The notes: generated by a model from the sequence alone, not told the origin. A stretch of 20,000 bases of DNA from an uncultured virus (IMG/VR IMGVR_UViG_2724679565_000006) (IMGVR_UViG_2724679565_000006); one strand, 5' to 3'; shown: positions 8,001 to 16,959, numbered from the stretch's first letter. Numbers and translations: made by a program.

Positions 8001-11000
8001 ATTGAGTAATCGTTCTATCGATAGATTTAACTTTATCATCGAACTGTCCTAATCTTGCTTCAAGTATTTGAATATTTATTTTATTTAATTCTTCTTGAAG
8101 TTCAAGATTTTTCTTTTCCATATCCATTGACTTTCCAATTAAGTCCATCTGTTCATCTATTGTAGAATGTATAGATGATTCACTTCCACCATATTCTTTC
8201 ATAAACTTCTTAACTTTAGGAATATAGTCTTTAGTTTCTTTGAACGGTGGAACTCCTCCATATTTTTGGACATTTCCCATACCTGCATTATAGGCAGCTA
8301 AAGCTAAATCTAAATTACCATTATATTTTTTCAAATATTTTGCTATTTCTTGTGTTCCACCCATAATACTCTGTCTAGGGTCATATGGATTACTTATCCC
8401 AAATTCTCTTGCATTTTCTGGCATAAGTTGCATTAATCCCATAGCTCCCGCATTAGAACGAGCATTAGGATTAAAGTCTGATTCTGCTTTTATAATTGCG
8501 GCAATCAATGATGCAGATACACCATATTTACTAGCGGCTTCATTTATATAACTAGAATATTTCCCATTATAGTTAGATGCTGTTGTTCTACTATAACTAC
8601 TTACACTGCCTCCACTAGCATATCTTCTAGCAGTTGCGTAGTCGCTTCTACTATTTAAACTAGAAACTTTAATTACATCTCCCGTTTTTGGTGCATGTAT
8701 ATATTGTCCATTCCCCATATATATTCCTACATGGTGTGGTGCTGATGGACTCCCAAAAAATACAGCATCGCCTACTTGTAATTGATTTTTAGCTACTGGT
8801 GTTCCTTGTTTAACTTGGTCATATGTAGTTCTATTTAATCCTATACCAACCTGTTTGTATACATATTGAACTAGACCAGAACAATCAAAAGATTCACTAG
8901 GGCTACTTCCACCCCATTTATATGGTTTTCCTAGATATTGTTGTGCATTTCTTACAACTTGCTCACCAATACTATTTCCCATGCTATTAATATAACTTCC
9001 ACCTACAGTACCTAATGAATTAGCTAATTGCCCATTCATCGCTATTTGTTGCTTATTTAATTCAATTTCTTGTTTAATTAAATTTTGTTTTTCTTTTAAT
9101 TTATTTATGTAACTATCACTATGTTCATATAATCTTCCTAATGCGATATTGTTTTTTGTCATTTGAATTTCTAGTGATTTTAAGGCTAACTCATATTGCT
9201 TTACGGCTTCTTTAGCTTTATTAACAGCCTCACGATTTTTATCTGTTTCACCCGTATTCTCTTTAGTTGCATCTGTACTTTTTTTTGTCTTTTCTGGGTC
9301 TGTAGGGTGGAAATCTGGTACATCGGGAGTTGTTGTACTAGTGGGTTGCTTATAAATACTATCTAATCTATCCAGTTCCTTTTGCCAATCTAACTTTTCA
9401 CTTGTCAACATATCTACTGGTTTTTGAAAAGGATTTGTTCCTGTAATCTTTAAACTTGGAAGAACCTCATTAAAAGTATCTGCTAACTTTTGCTTTTTCC
9501 CAATTTCCTCTTGTAAAAAAAGTATCCTTTTTCTAGTCTCTTCATAAGACATTTTAGTCATTCCTCGTTGTGCTTGAGCATGTTGCTTTGCTGCTTCTAA
9601 TTTAGCTTTAGTAAGTTTGTCAACGGTAAGTCCTTCAGTGTTAAGAACATCTATTTCTGTATTTAATAAACCTGTATTCTCAATTATTACATTGCCTTCT
9701 TTATCTTTTGTCAGAATCAACCCTTTAACTTTATCATTTAAAGATTCGGATACATGACTTAATTCCATTTCTTGGCTTTTGTTTTTATTTTTAATTGAAA
9801 TTAATCTATTATATTCATCATGTAACCCGATAATAGCATCTTTTTCTTGAATTTCATAATCTGCATTTTCTTTTATTGCATTTGCCATGTCCAAATTAGC
9901 CATATGGGATGATGCTTTTGCTAGGTCAGCTATCTTTCCTGTTGCTTCATCAATTGTAAAGTTGTTATCTTTAAGTGCTTTTTTTAGTTCTTGAATTCGA
10001 GTTTCAGTTTCTTTTAACTGATTAGCAACTCCTAAACTTACTCCATCTTTCATATTGGGTGAACCTTCCATCATCTTTTTCAGTTCTTCCCTCTTCTTCA
10101 TCAAACCTTGTAATTCATCTTGAGCTTTTTTAGGGTCTTCTGAAGCATTTTTTATAGCTTCTTTATTATTTTCTTTCATTGCCTTGGTTAAATCTTCATA
10201 ACTTTGTTTTAGTTTTTTATTTTCTTCTCTCATTTCTGCTTGATGTTTAATATGTTTAACTACTGCTGCTGTTGCTATACCTACTGCTGTTGCTATACCT
10301 AAGAATATTAACCCTGTTGGTGTTGTCACTAAATTCAATAAAACTGTTCCTAAATTTGAAAATGCCCCTTTTAATTTACTTATAGATGGTAATCCTGCAT
10401 CAGTTATATTAAATAATGTTTTAAACGCTGTACTTATGGAATATAAGTTTTTCCCATCTTTTAAAACATTAAAGAAAGTTTTGAATCTTTTTGCTAACAA
10501 AATTGTTGTTGGTAATAATACTAATAAACTTAATTTCATACCACCACTTGCATTAACTAATGCATCTAATACACCTACTAATTTTGTTCCTGTTGCTACT
10601 ATTACTTTTAATGCATCACTGGAAATAATAGATTGATAGAATTCCTCCCAAGCATGTTTAAGGTCATTAACTTTTGCTTCAAGAGAATTACCAAAATCCT
10701 TACCAAATTTATCTTCTGCTCCCCCTGCTGACTTCTCTACCTCTTTTTGAAGTTTGTTTACTTGGTCTAAGTTATTCATCAGCACTAGGAAATTTTCTCT
10801 TTGGTGCGTCAAGCTGTTACTTTCACTTGCAAAAAACAAGCTACTGACCATACCAAATTATTTTGATATGGCGAGATATTCGTTAAAATATCTTCTCTAT
10901 GTTTTCCATAGATGTTCAGATTATACCTTATAGGCTTATTTATAAAAACAGTTCCTATTGCTATTATAATCGTTGAACCTTCATCATATATAATTAAATT

Positions 11001-13591
11001 ATACTTAGATGCTTGGCTGCGTTTGGTTGCCCAATTTTTATATTTTTTACCATACCTAAGCCGTTATACTTAGCCATTATATATGTTTCCATAATAACTT
11101 GGTATATAAAACTCTAAGGACTTCCCCGTCAATTTAAGCATTTTTAAATATACATTACTGCATACTCAGGCACACATTTTACCTGCTAAACTTTTAGCTA
11201 TATCTGCTTTTTGCAAGTCATTGAACTCTTGCCATTTTGGTTTTAGTTCTTCTATAATTTGTGAAAATTCTTTAAAATGATATTGATCTTTTCTTATAGC
11301 AACTCCTACTTTGTCTAATGACTTTTCAACATTGGATATAGTTACACCATCATCGACATTGATATTTTGTTTAATATCTTGAAATCTTGCGAAAATTGTT
11401 TTAAAGCTCTCTCCTATAGATTCCGCAGATTTTCTTGTTGTTGCCGAAACTGTAGCCACATAAGAAGCTAATGTTTCAAAATTTACTCCTGCCATTTGTG
11501 CTGAAGATGATGTTCTCATCATAGCAGTAGCAACTTCTTGGAATGAAGTAGCAGAAGCATTATCCAATGTTGAAATAGTGTCAATAACGTGCATTACCAC
11601 TTCTTCATAACTTTTACCATCTTTCTGTGCTTGTTCAGTCATGTTACTAAAACCATTTGTTATAGCAATTAGTTGCTCAGACACGGCTCTATTATCCTGT
11701 CCAGAAATAGCTCCACCTATAGTTGAAGCTTTTAATAATCCTTTTGTTTCTTCTACACTTCTACCAGCTCTAAGAAACTCTTCCGCACCCATTAATTATT
11801 TAAATTAATCAATAGACTATATCATACTTATTAGGTTAAGTCCTCGCACTTCCACCCATAGAATTTCGCTATGGATGTACTAACAGTGTTAATTCACTCT
11901 ACTTCCTTATTCACATAAACAACCCTAATTACATTTATGTTATGGTTTCGATAGTCGTTTAACGATTATATATTTAAAAATAAATATAATTTCGCACAGG
12001 ATTAGATTTCTCTTTCCCTGTTAGCCCATTCATTAACAAATTATTTCCCATTTGACCTTAACGTTGAATAGACACCCTAGATTTCTAGGTTCACGAGGTT
12101 TTACATGGGCAGTGTGCTTTGTCCACCCATCATTTCTAATGTAGTAGTATGTAATTGACCAGCCAATTTACTATATTCTCCTGTTAAATCAGCAACTTTA
12201 TCTTTTTGCATTCCTGTTATCATTGCTATATTAGTTTGAGCCTTATCCAAATTAGATATAAACCCAATACCATCTTTTACTTTATGGATTGCCTCCATCC
12301 AAGCAGTAGTAGCACCTATCCAAATGGGAAACTTTGTCATTGCCTCACCAATAGAAGCTAATATACCCCCATTCCCCTTTTTACCACCACTATTTACAGA
12401 GTTCTCTAATTTATCATATTCATTTTTTATAACCTTCAATTGTCTAGAATATTCTTCAGCATCTTTTGAATTTGCTAATTTAGCCATTTCTTCTCTTAGT
12501 TTTTTCAAATCAGCTTCTTTAATTAATTTCCCATAAGAATCTGTTAATTTTTTTATTTTATTTTCATATCCTTGAATTGCCACTGGAGCATCTTTCATTA
12601 TCTTTTCTTTTTTCTTCATTTCGGTGTTATTTTCTTTAATTGTTTTATTTTCAAAATTCATTTTGCTAACTAAAATATCAAGTTCTTTTTGAATACTTTT
12701 ACTCATAGACTCACTAGATGATTTTGTTTTATCAATTAAAGTCTGTGCTTGTTCAAGATTCTTAACAAACAATTGACTTTGGCTTCCATCACCTAATTTT
12801 ATATTTTTTTCATTTAATTTATCTATGGTTTTCTGATATTGTTCTAATGTTTTTATACTTTTTTGTACATTTTCAGTAGTATTAACACCCGTATTTTCTA
12901 AAGATAAGCCTTTATTTATAACATTTTCTTTTCTTTTTATATCTTCTTTTATCTTATACGCCTGTTCAACTAATTTATTATCATTATCTACATAACTAAT
13001 TTTTGCACTTTTAATTCTACCATTTCCGCTTTCACTAACCTTTAATTTAGCTATAGAACCAGTTAATTCTTCTATCTTTTTTCTTTCTTTTTCCAATGAT
13101 TTAATTATTTTATCCTGATCTTGTAATCTTGTATCAGTCACAGCTTTTAATTTATCAATATACTTTCCATCATTACCTATATTTTTAAATGATTTATCTA
13201 TCTCGTAATTCTTTGTTATAACATTTCCAGCTTTATCTTCATATTGAGCTAAAGCACCTATTATCTTTCCATAATCATCTTTTATAGAATTAACATTTAC
13301 ATTAGACCCTATGTTTTTTAAATTATTTTTTATTTTATCTATTTGTTGTTCAAATTGTTTATTTACATCATCGAAAGTCTTTATAAATGTTTGACTAGAC
13401 TGGTTACTAGTTTTAATAATTTCTTGCTGTAGTTTATTTATTTGTTGCTGCATTTTATCTAAAGACATACCATCTGAAAAATCTAGTTTTATTTTACTAT
13501 TTTCTCCTACTTTACCTAAAAGAGTTTCAACTCTAGTAGTTAAAGAACCTAAATCTTCTAAAGTAAACGAAGTATGTATCCCTAAACCCAT
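1396..13591 (-). CDS. Phage tail tape measure protein, spliced from 5 exons (12125-13591, 11181-11789, 7792-10809, 4240-5709, 1396-2073), about 2413 aa
   Basis: RBS AAGGAGG before ATG 13591. TP901-type TMP core motifs cross the junctions (TTLEMMG|GAEEFLRAG; IAKSLAG|THQRENFLVLM). All four junctions are phase 0 with a 5'-exon terminal U and an intron terminal G; exons total 7242 nt. Confidence 0.88.
2074..2205 (-). ncRNA. Putative TnpB omegaRNA (reRNA) scaffold; predicted guide is the flank GTAGACGGTGTTACTAGATT (2073-2054)
   Basis: Lies between the tnpB stop and the right end. Established TnpB biology: scaffold from the right end, guide from the 3' flank. 5' boundary uncertain. Confidence 0.7.
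2206..3399 (-). CDS. tnpB: RNA-guided endonuclease TnpB (IS200/IS605 family)
   Basis: N-terminal KGFKYRIYPNKTQ; RuvC-I GIDLG, RuvC-II MEDL, Zn finger CSDC...CEKC, RuvC-III DRDYNAS; all three catalytic acidic residues present. Confidence 0.95.
   Translation of the reverse strand: MTSTNIEKNTIAKGFKYRIYPNKTQINQIELSFNAKRYVWNYFLNINKHRLKHHKSVLNFAKMSRLLTLLKKKNIWLKQCEKSVLQNTLKNQYETFLKFFKKECGFPKFKSYKSNYQSIKINYTNNNIEVLEKEIKYTSTGKYKKQNCKIKLPKLKQVKIAYSRQYQGRIVSSTLSRDTDGKYYISLCCVDVPQENKEKTGLVVGIDLGIKEFATTSDNKVISNPKYYRRYEDKLIKAQRKLSKRKKGSNNRNKQRLKVNKYHKKIYNCRIDFLQKLTTDFINNYDIICMEDLNTSGILQNHKLAKSIADASFFEFNRELEYKTKWYGKIYQQIDRFYPSSQLCSDCGNQSQQTKDLGVRAYICEKCGLVIDRDYNASINILNEGLRIINNKKVVSM
3445..3473 (-). promoter_or_regulatory. 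sigmaA-like promoter for tnpB
   Basis: TTGACA-17nt-TATATT with an extended TG, upstream of RBS GAGGTG. Confidence 0.6.
3506..3533 (+). promoter_or_regulatory. sigmaA-like promoter for the HTH gene
   Basis: TTGACT-16nt-TACAAT with an extended TG, upstream of RBS AAGGAG. Confidence 0.55.
3556..3756 (+). CDS. Cro/C1-type HTH protein (HTH_26-like) inside the IStron, divergent from tnpB
   Basis: MISYKPLFRLLLERDMSKTQLREAVGFSTATLAKMSKNEYISMETLENIC; RBS AAGGAG. Confidence 0.9.
   Translation: MISYKPLFRLLLERDMSKTQLREAVGFSTATLAKMSKNEYISMETLENICVYLNCNIENVIEFIPK
3760..4239 (-). ncRNA. Group I ribozyme moiety of intron 4
   Basis: P AAUUGCUGGGAA (~4118-4129), Q AAUCAGCAGG (~3988-3997), R UUCAACGACUA (~3956-3966), S AAGAUAUAGUC (~3878-3888); IGS GUUAG can pair with exon UUGAU giving the U.G pair. 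Confidence 0.92.
4240..5709 (-). CDS. Tape measure exon 4 (coiled coil plus cell-wall-binding-like repeats)
   Basis: ORF 4237-5703 plus TCA GAA upstream; the TGA stop is the first three nt of the IStron; VYGTG.DL..A...L..LGY..DT...DI.VG repeats. Confidence 0.85.
5710..5891 (-). ncRNA. Putative TnpB omegaRNA scaffold and right end with periodic TTATA(A)G-type repeats
   Basis: About 180 nt between the tnpB stop and the element end, with local hairpins and repeats AATTATAAG/TTTATAAG/AATTATAG reminiscent of IS607 subterminal repeats. Confidence 0.6.
5892..7073 (-). CDS. tnpB: RNA-guided endonuclease TnpB
   Basis: KAIKVRLYPTKKQ; GVDLG, VVEDL, CSCC...CPNKKC, DRDKNAS; catalytic D-E-D intact. True start may be GTG 7064 (RBS GAGGTG). 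Confidence 0.95.
   Translation of the reverse strand: MILVIKAIKVRLYPTKKQEELMFKSAGIARFSYNWGLAYLNNYYKENKKSLSIGKLRKIFTELRKSNQYEWLKEVSSEIPQQALKDLGEAFKKFFKKESNYPKFKKKGKCEISFYHLGNKLTVEDNYIRLEKIGYVKMKDEGRLPVGKYKKDKIKVLNPRVKHNGHYWYLSVGVECKNNDVNLLTTESIGVDLGIKDLAIVSNIDKPFKNINKSKEVKRLNKKLKRLQRKVSRKYDMLKNSKTFEKGQKLKKTNNIIKLERQIRLVHKRIADIRLNYIHQTTNSIVKTKPYRVVVEDLNVNGLLKNKHLSKAIQEQCFNKFIAILKYKCKWDGIEFVKADRFFPSSKMCSCCGTIKKDLRLKDRTYICPNKKCDLVLDRDKNASINLANYKLA
7090..7141. promoter_or_regulatory. Back-to-back sigmaA promoters sharing one palindromic -35, with a 14-bp palindromic operator candidate
   Basis: TTGCAA at 7113-7118 has TATAAT 17 nt away on both strands (7095-7090 minus; 7136-7141 plus); AAGTCATATGACTT at 7101-7114. 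Confidence 0.7.
7159..7317 (+). CDS. Ribbon-helix-helix protein (RHH_3-like), 52 aa, divergent from tnpB
   Basis: Below the ORF-track cutoff; RBS GAGGTG; MGNQQLKTRTPIGSAINTELYNKLKNYSKKTGIPISKLLDKAISLFLESVEK. Confidence 0.85.
   Translation: MGNQQLKTRTPIGSAINTELYNKLKNYSKKTGIPISKLLDKAISLFLESVEK
7301..7332 (+). terminator. Intrinsic terminator of the RHH gene
   Basis: AATCCGTT-7nt-AACGGATT followed by a T tract. Confidence 0.65.
7389..7791 (-). ncRNA. Group I ribozyme moiety of intron 3
   Basis: P AAUUGCAGGUAA (~7723-7734), Q AUGCAGCCAAG (~7595-7605), R GUUCAACGACUAU (~7549-7561), S AAGAAAUAGUC (~7465-7475), P3 CAGAUUU/AAGGUCUG. Confidence 0.9.
7792..10809 (-). CDS. Tape measure exon 3 with hydrophobic segments, NlpC/P60 peptidase (~8620-8970) and SLT lytic transglycosylase (~8200-8560)
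   Basis: GKPYKWGG...FDCSGLVQYVY...HHVGIY...YIHA; IAAIIKAESDFNPNARSNAGAMGLMQLMP...AAYNAG. Confidence 0.92.
10810..11180 (-). ncRNA. ORF-less group I intron 2, 371 nt
   Basis: P1 CAGGU|/GCCUG; P10 UGUGU pairs with exon ACGCA; P AAUUGACGGGGAA; R UUCAACGAUUAU pairs with S AAGGUAUAAUC; terminal G10810; joins SLAG|THQRENF. Confidence 0.92.
11181..11789 (-). CDS. Tape measure exon 2 (TP901-family TMP core)
   Basis: AEEFLRAGRSVEET...DNASATSFQEVATAM...TTRKSAESIGESFKTIFARF. Confidence 0.92.
11790..12124 (-). ncRNA. ORF-less group I intron 1, 335 nt
   Basis: P1 AUGGGU|/GCCCAU; P3 CCUCGU/GCGAGG; P4 CAGG/CCUG; R AAACGACUAU, S AUGAUAUAGUC; P9.0 AU/AU; terminal G11790; joins EMMG|GAEEF. Confidence 0.92.
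12125..13591 (-). CDS. Tape measure exon 1
   Basis: Long helical N-terminus followed by AMTKFPIWIGATTAWMEAI...LDKAQTNIAMITG, the start of the TMP core. Confidence 0.9.
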
Positions 13592-13709
13592 TAAAAGTCC
13601 TCCTTTTATATTTTGTTTACTTTAATTATATTTACATAATATTTTTTATGTAGATATATTAAGCAAAAATAAAAAGACATTATGAAAATGCCTTTAAATC
13701 TTAATTTTA

Positions 13710-13750
13710 TGCAAAATAAAAACTCCTAACTAATTGAAGCTAGAAGTTTT
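13710..13750 (-). terminator. Intrinsic terminator
   Basis: AACUUCUAGC/GUUAGGAGUU stem followed by UUUAUUUUGCA. Confidence 0.6.
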
Positions 13751-13800
13751 AGTAAAACTTTTGAAACTTTATGTAGTTGTTTAATTAATATCAAAGACCA

Positions 13801-13833
13801 AACCACTATATATTTACAACATATATAGTGGTT
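13801..13833. terminator. Hairpin at the end of the GNAT gene
   Basis: 13-bp perfect inverted repeat AACCACTATATAT/ATATATAGTGGTT. Confidence 0.55.
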
Positions 13834-14389
13834 ATATTACGATATACAACGGTTTGCATCCTTCATTATCTGAATCTGAAAAAGTATCCTTATTCACTTC
13901 AAGCTCTTGAAAATTAAACTTTTCTTTATAAAAATCTGATGCTGATTCTACTGAAAACACTATTATATATTTAATAGCAATTTTCTCTTTTATTTCGTTA
14001 GCTAAAGTAATTATATACTTCATTATTTTCTTGCCATATCCTTTATTTTGATAATCTTTATCTATAGCTAATCTGGCAATCTCTAATGATGGAATAATCC
14101 TAATTTGTCCTTCATATTTTTCATCCTTTATTTTAACTATATTTGCCTTTAAAGTAAAGTATGCTATAATTGTTCGTTGATTTTTACAATTGTTGTGTAA
14201 AATAAGAAATGTATTACCTTCTCCGTTTTCATCATAATTAAGAGCTTCATTTTTAAAAAAAACCGTCATTTCTTCTTCTAACCCACAATCAAAATCACCC
14301 ATTATTCTCAAATGTTTATCTGCATTTATTCTTTCTATAGACGGTTTGTTATTCCTCAATATCGAAAAATTCCTTTGATTCCTTTGCAT
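13832..14389 (-). CDS. GNAT acetyltransferase, AtaT/TacT-like type II toxin candidate (start uncertain, possibly TTG 14359)
   Basis: FDCG..E...FF...AL N-terminal motif, IAYFTL, PSLEIARLAIDKDYQNKGYGK acetyl-CoA motif, ASDFY; overlaps the small upstream ORF. Confidence 0.85.
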   Translation of the reverse strand: MQRNQRNFSILRNNKPSIERINADKHLRIMGDFDCGLEEEMTVFFKNEALNYDENGEGNTFLILHNNCKNQRTIIAYFTLKANIVKIKDEKYEGQIRIIPSLEIARLAIDKDYQNKGYGKKIMKYIITLANEIKEKIAIKYIIVFSVESASDFYKEKFNFQELEVNKDTFSDSDNEGCKPLYIVI

Positions 14390-14573
14390 ACTTTTCTAAA
14401 GTTTCTTTATCATATGTAGGTTTTCTAAGTTTGTCCAATAATATTTTCGCTTGTTTTCCTTCGATTATTGGTAGAACGCCCATTGACACTGCCATAATCT
14501 CATCCCCCTTTTGTCTTCTCCTTTTATTAAATTTATAAGTCTTTTTACTACTTGTCCATCTCTCTATATTCAT
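14349..14573 (-). CDS. Putative cognate antitoxin of the GNAT toxin (alternative start 14495)
   Basis: Small ORF overlapping the GNAT start; MAVSMGVLPIIEGKQAKILLDKLRKP; RBS-like sequences before both 14573 and 14495. Confidence 0.6.
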   Translation of the reverse strand: MNIERWTSSKKTYKFNKRRRQKGDEIMAVSMGVLPIIEGKQAKILLDKLRKPTYDKETLEKYAKESKEFFDIEE

Positions 14574-14830
14574 TTTACCACTCCCAGTACAAATTATCAA
14601 TATTTTACAAAATATTTATAATAAAGCCTTTTTGGGTTATATTATTTATTTCGTTTGTATATATTAAATAATTAGCATATTTATATATTACCATAAATTG
14701 GTATACACTTGATGATAATTCGTACCAAAAATATAGACAAGATGAATGTTAAAAGCTATGAATTGTATACTAAGATACAAAGTTTTATTGAGAAATTTAT
14801 CGAATCATATTAGTGAAGATATATTTTACT

Positions 14831-15001
14831 TTACAAACCTTCCTTTTCCACGATTTCTTTTAAGTTTTTATCACACTCTTTAAAAACACTCAATTTTAAG
14901 GTACTTTTCTCCATATCCTTTAATAAAATCTTAGCGTCTTCTTTTTTTAAACAAGGTAAAATTCCCATAGATACTGACATAATCTTTTTCCTTTTATTCA
15001 T
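14831..15001 (-). CDS. Small protein paralogous to the GNAT-adjacent antitoxin candidate
   Basis: MSVSMGILPCLKKEDAKILLKDMEK vs MAVSMGVLPIIEGKQAKILLDKLRK. Confidence 0.7.
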   Translation of the reverse strand: MNKRKKIMSVSMGILPCLKKEDAKILLKDMEKSTLKLSVFKECDKNLKEIVEKEGL

Positions 15002-15096
15002 AATTTCTACCCCCATATAATAATAATATTTTTAATCTAATATCTTTTTCTATTATATATAAGGCATTTAATTTAACAAAGCTTAATCTTGAAATA

Positions 15097-15393
15097 TTAG
15101 TTATCATTTTCATCATGAGCTAGTTTGTTAAACAATTCTAATCCTTTTTTCGCTACATCAAGTCTTAAATTGGCAGACTCTATATCTTTTTTAAATAATT
15201 GAGTAGCCTCTTCATCTAAACAAGTTAAATATGCTTTTGATACTTCCATCTCTCCATCTTCTTCTTGAAGTTCCTTTTTCAATTCTTTCCATGTTATCTT
15301 TTTCATTTTCCCACTTCGGATGGCTTTCATTTGTTTGAAGCTTTCCTCAAAAGATTCGGAAACAGGACAGTATCTTTGAGCTACCTTTTTCAT
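15097..15393 (-). CDS. Two-module small protein (antitoxin-like fusion)
   Basis: RBS AGGGAGG; N-half MKKVAQR...SFEESFKQMK...GK resembles 15981-16142; C-half MEVSKAYLTCLDEEATQLFKKDIE resembles 14831-15001. Confidence 0.7.
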   Translation of the reverse strand: MKKVAQRYCPVSESFEESFKQMKAIRSGKMKKITWKELKKELQEEDGEMEVSKAYLTCLDEEATQLFKKDIESANLRLDVAKKGLELFNKLAHDENDN

Positions 15394-15433
15394 AATCAAC
15401 CTCCCTATTAACTTATTCGCTCTTATATATGTT

Positions 15434-15568
15434 TTACTCTATTGTAAGCAGAAACTCTTCTTTAGTAGCTTTCTGTAATGCTAAACTATACTTACTTGTA
15501 TTTTTCTCCTTTTTGTAATTTTGACTTTCTTTATCTCTGTAATCTTTTAAGCTAATTATTTTTCCCAT
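15434..15568 (-). CDS. Hypothetical 44-aa peptide
   Basis: RBS AGAGGT; MGKIISLKDYRDKESQNYKKEKNTSKYSLALQKATKEEFLLTIE. Confidence 0.55.
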   Translation of the reverse strand: MGKIISLKDYRDKESQNYKKEKNTSKYSLALQKATKEEFLLTIE

Positions 15569-15587
15569 ACAACTACCTCTTCGTCCC

Positions 15588-15806
15588 TTAATTTATATTT
15601 TTGATATCATTATCTTTATATAATTCATCCCACTCTGTTTCTTTTATCCATTCATCATCTTTAGTTAATAAGGTTCTACCTTTATCATCTGTTTTTATAT
15701 CTTTCATCAATAAAGCTTTTAGTTTTATTTTATCTCTTCTAATATACATCTTTTTCTTATCTTTTGTGAATGATTGACTACAGTTCATCCATCTTTTTAT
15801 ATTCAT
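15588..15806 (-). CDS. Small protein with acidic, Trp-rich C-terminus (antitoxin-like)
   Basis: MNIKRW...IKTDDKGRTLLTKDDEWIKETEWDELY. Confidence 0.65.
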   Translation of the reverse strand: MNIKRWMNCSQSFTKDKKKMYIRRDKIKLKALLMKDIKTDDKGRTLLTKDDEWIKETEWDELYKDNDIKNIN

Positions 15807-15810
15807 ACTA

Positions 15811-15977
15811 TTACTTCTTAGTCTCTTGCTTGATATTCCCTATTATGTCTTCTTCTTCATCTTCTGAAATTATAACTTGTCCCATTTTATTTCTTTTAAT
15901 ATTTTTTTAGCAATTATAGTAGCTTTATATAGATTATTATATAATTCTTTTTGCAATTCAGATAATCTGTCACTCAT
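15811..15977 (-). pseudogene. Small ORF with an apparent 1-nt deletion in an A7 run
   Basis: RBS GAGGTG; MSDRLSELQKELYNNLYKATIIAKK; adding one A continues NIKRNKMGQVIISEDEEED, similar to IKTDDKGRTLLTKDDE of the neighbouring ORF. Confidence 0.5.
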
Positions 15978-15980
15978 AGA

Positions 15981-16142
15981 TTACACCTCATTTTCTGATT
16001 CTTCTGCCCATTTATCCCATAATTGTTGAGATTCTTTTAATGATTTTAATTTTTTCTTACCTTTATTAAAATCCTGTATTTCTTGAAAACTTATTTCTAT
16101 AGATTTTAATATATCATTAGGTCTTTGACTTATTTTTTTCAT
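15981..16142 (-). CDS. Small 53-aa protein (antitoxin-like)
   Basis: RBS AAGAGG; MKKISQRPNDILKSIEISFQEIQDFNKGKKKLKSLKESQQLWDKWAEESENEV. Confidence 0.65.
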   Translation of the reverse strand: MKKISQRPNDILKSIEISFQEIQDFNKGKKKLKSLKESQQLWDKWAEESENEV

Positions 16143-16166
16143 AATAAAACCTCTTAATAATCTTAT

Positions 16167-16601
16167 TTAATCTTCCTCTCTATATTTTCCTCTCATTTTA
16201 TTACATATCTCATCCTCTTCTTGAGTAGATTTATAATTTCTATCATAATAATCATAGACTTCTTTTCTCTTTTTTGGGTCAACAATCATATCTGACATAG
16301 AATAAGATTCTATTTGTATTCTTTTGTCTTGAGAGTATGCTTCTAAATCTATTATCTTTCTCATATCCTTCCTCCTGATTAATAAAAGTTCTAATAGTTC
16401 CTTACCTTTAGCTAACTTTGCTTCTACATCTATATCCTCAATTTCTATTTTATCATTATGATCTCCCTCAAAAAACATATCTAAGTATCTATCATCATCA
16501 TATAGTAAATCTGCTTTTGCTTCCATTATTTCTTCCTTCGTTAAGGTTTCTTTTGGTTTTATTTCTTTTTTATAATCAAAAATATCAATTATTTTACCCA
16601 T
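16167..16601 (-). CDS. Two-module acidic protein, probably a fusion of two small genes
   Basis: MGKIIDIFDY... and internal MRKIIDLEAY... (ATG 16364) with its own RBS AGGAGG. Confidence 0.7.
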   Translation of the reverse strand: MGKIIDIFDYKKEIKPKETLTKEEIMEAKADLLYDDDRYLDMFFEGDHNDKIEIEDIDVEAKLAKGKELLELLLIRRKDMRKIIDLEAYSQDKRIQIESYSMSDMIVDPKKRKEVYDYYDRNYKSTQEEDEICNKMRGKYREED

Positions 16602-16617
16602 AATTTTCACTCCGTAC

Positions 16618-16773
16618 TTACGAATCAGCTAGTTTCTTTAACGCTTTAGCATATTTTTTATTACACTTTTTAATTGATAAAATTACATCTTTAGTATTTG
16701 CCACTATATAGTTTTGTGATGTCTTTTTTTCTTTAAGCTTATTTTTATTATCATTCCACCTTTTGAAATTCAT
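16618..16773 (-). CDS. Small 51-aa protein; C-terminus reminiscent of Doc-type antitoxin tails
   Basis: RBS AGGAG; MNFKRWNDNK...SIKKCNKKYAKALKKLADS. Confidence 0.6.
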   Translation of the reverse strand: MNFKRWNDNKNKLKEKKTSQNYIVANTKDVILSIKKCNKKYAKALKKLADS

Positions 16774-16797
16774 AATTTTTCTCCTATACTTTTGAAA

Positions 16798-16959
16798 TTA
16801 TTTTTTAGATGGTTTTTTATATAAATTAGCAACTCTTTTACATTCATCTAAGTATTCTTTAGTTAGTCCTGGTTTTTCTAACTTTTTAACTATACTATTG
16901 AAATCATCTTTGGATACTGTAAATTCAAATATATTATTACTTCTATTAATTTTTGTCAC
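16798..16959 (-). CDS. Small 53-aa protein resembling GNAT-antitoxin C-terminal halves
   Basis: RBS AAGGGG, GTG start; FTVSKDDFNSIVKKLEKPGLTKEYLDEC vs AKILLDKLRKPTYDKETLEKY. Confidence 0.6.
   Translation of the reverse strand: MTKINRSNNIFEFTVSKDDFNSIVKKLEKPGLTKEYLDECKRVANLYKKPSKK

Noticed and set aside
1396..13591. Reading the TMP pieces as separate genes or an IS-disrupted pseudogene
   Set aside because: Each gap has a full group I core, and removal restores one frame with motifs spanning the junctions
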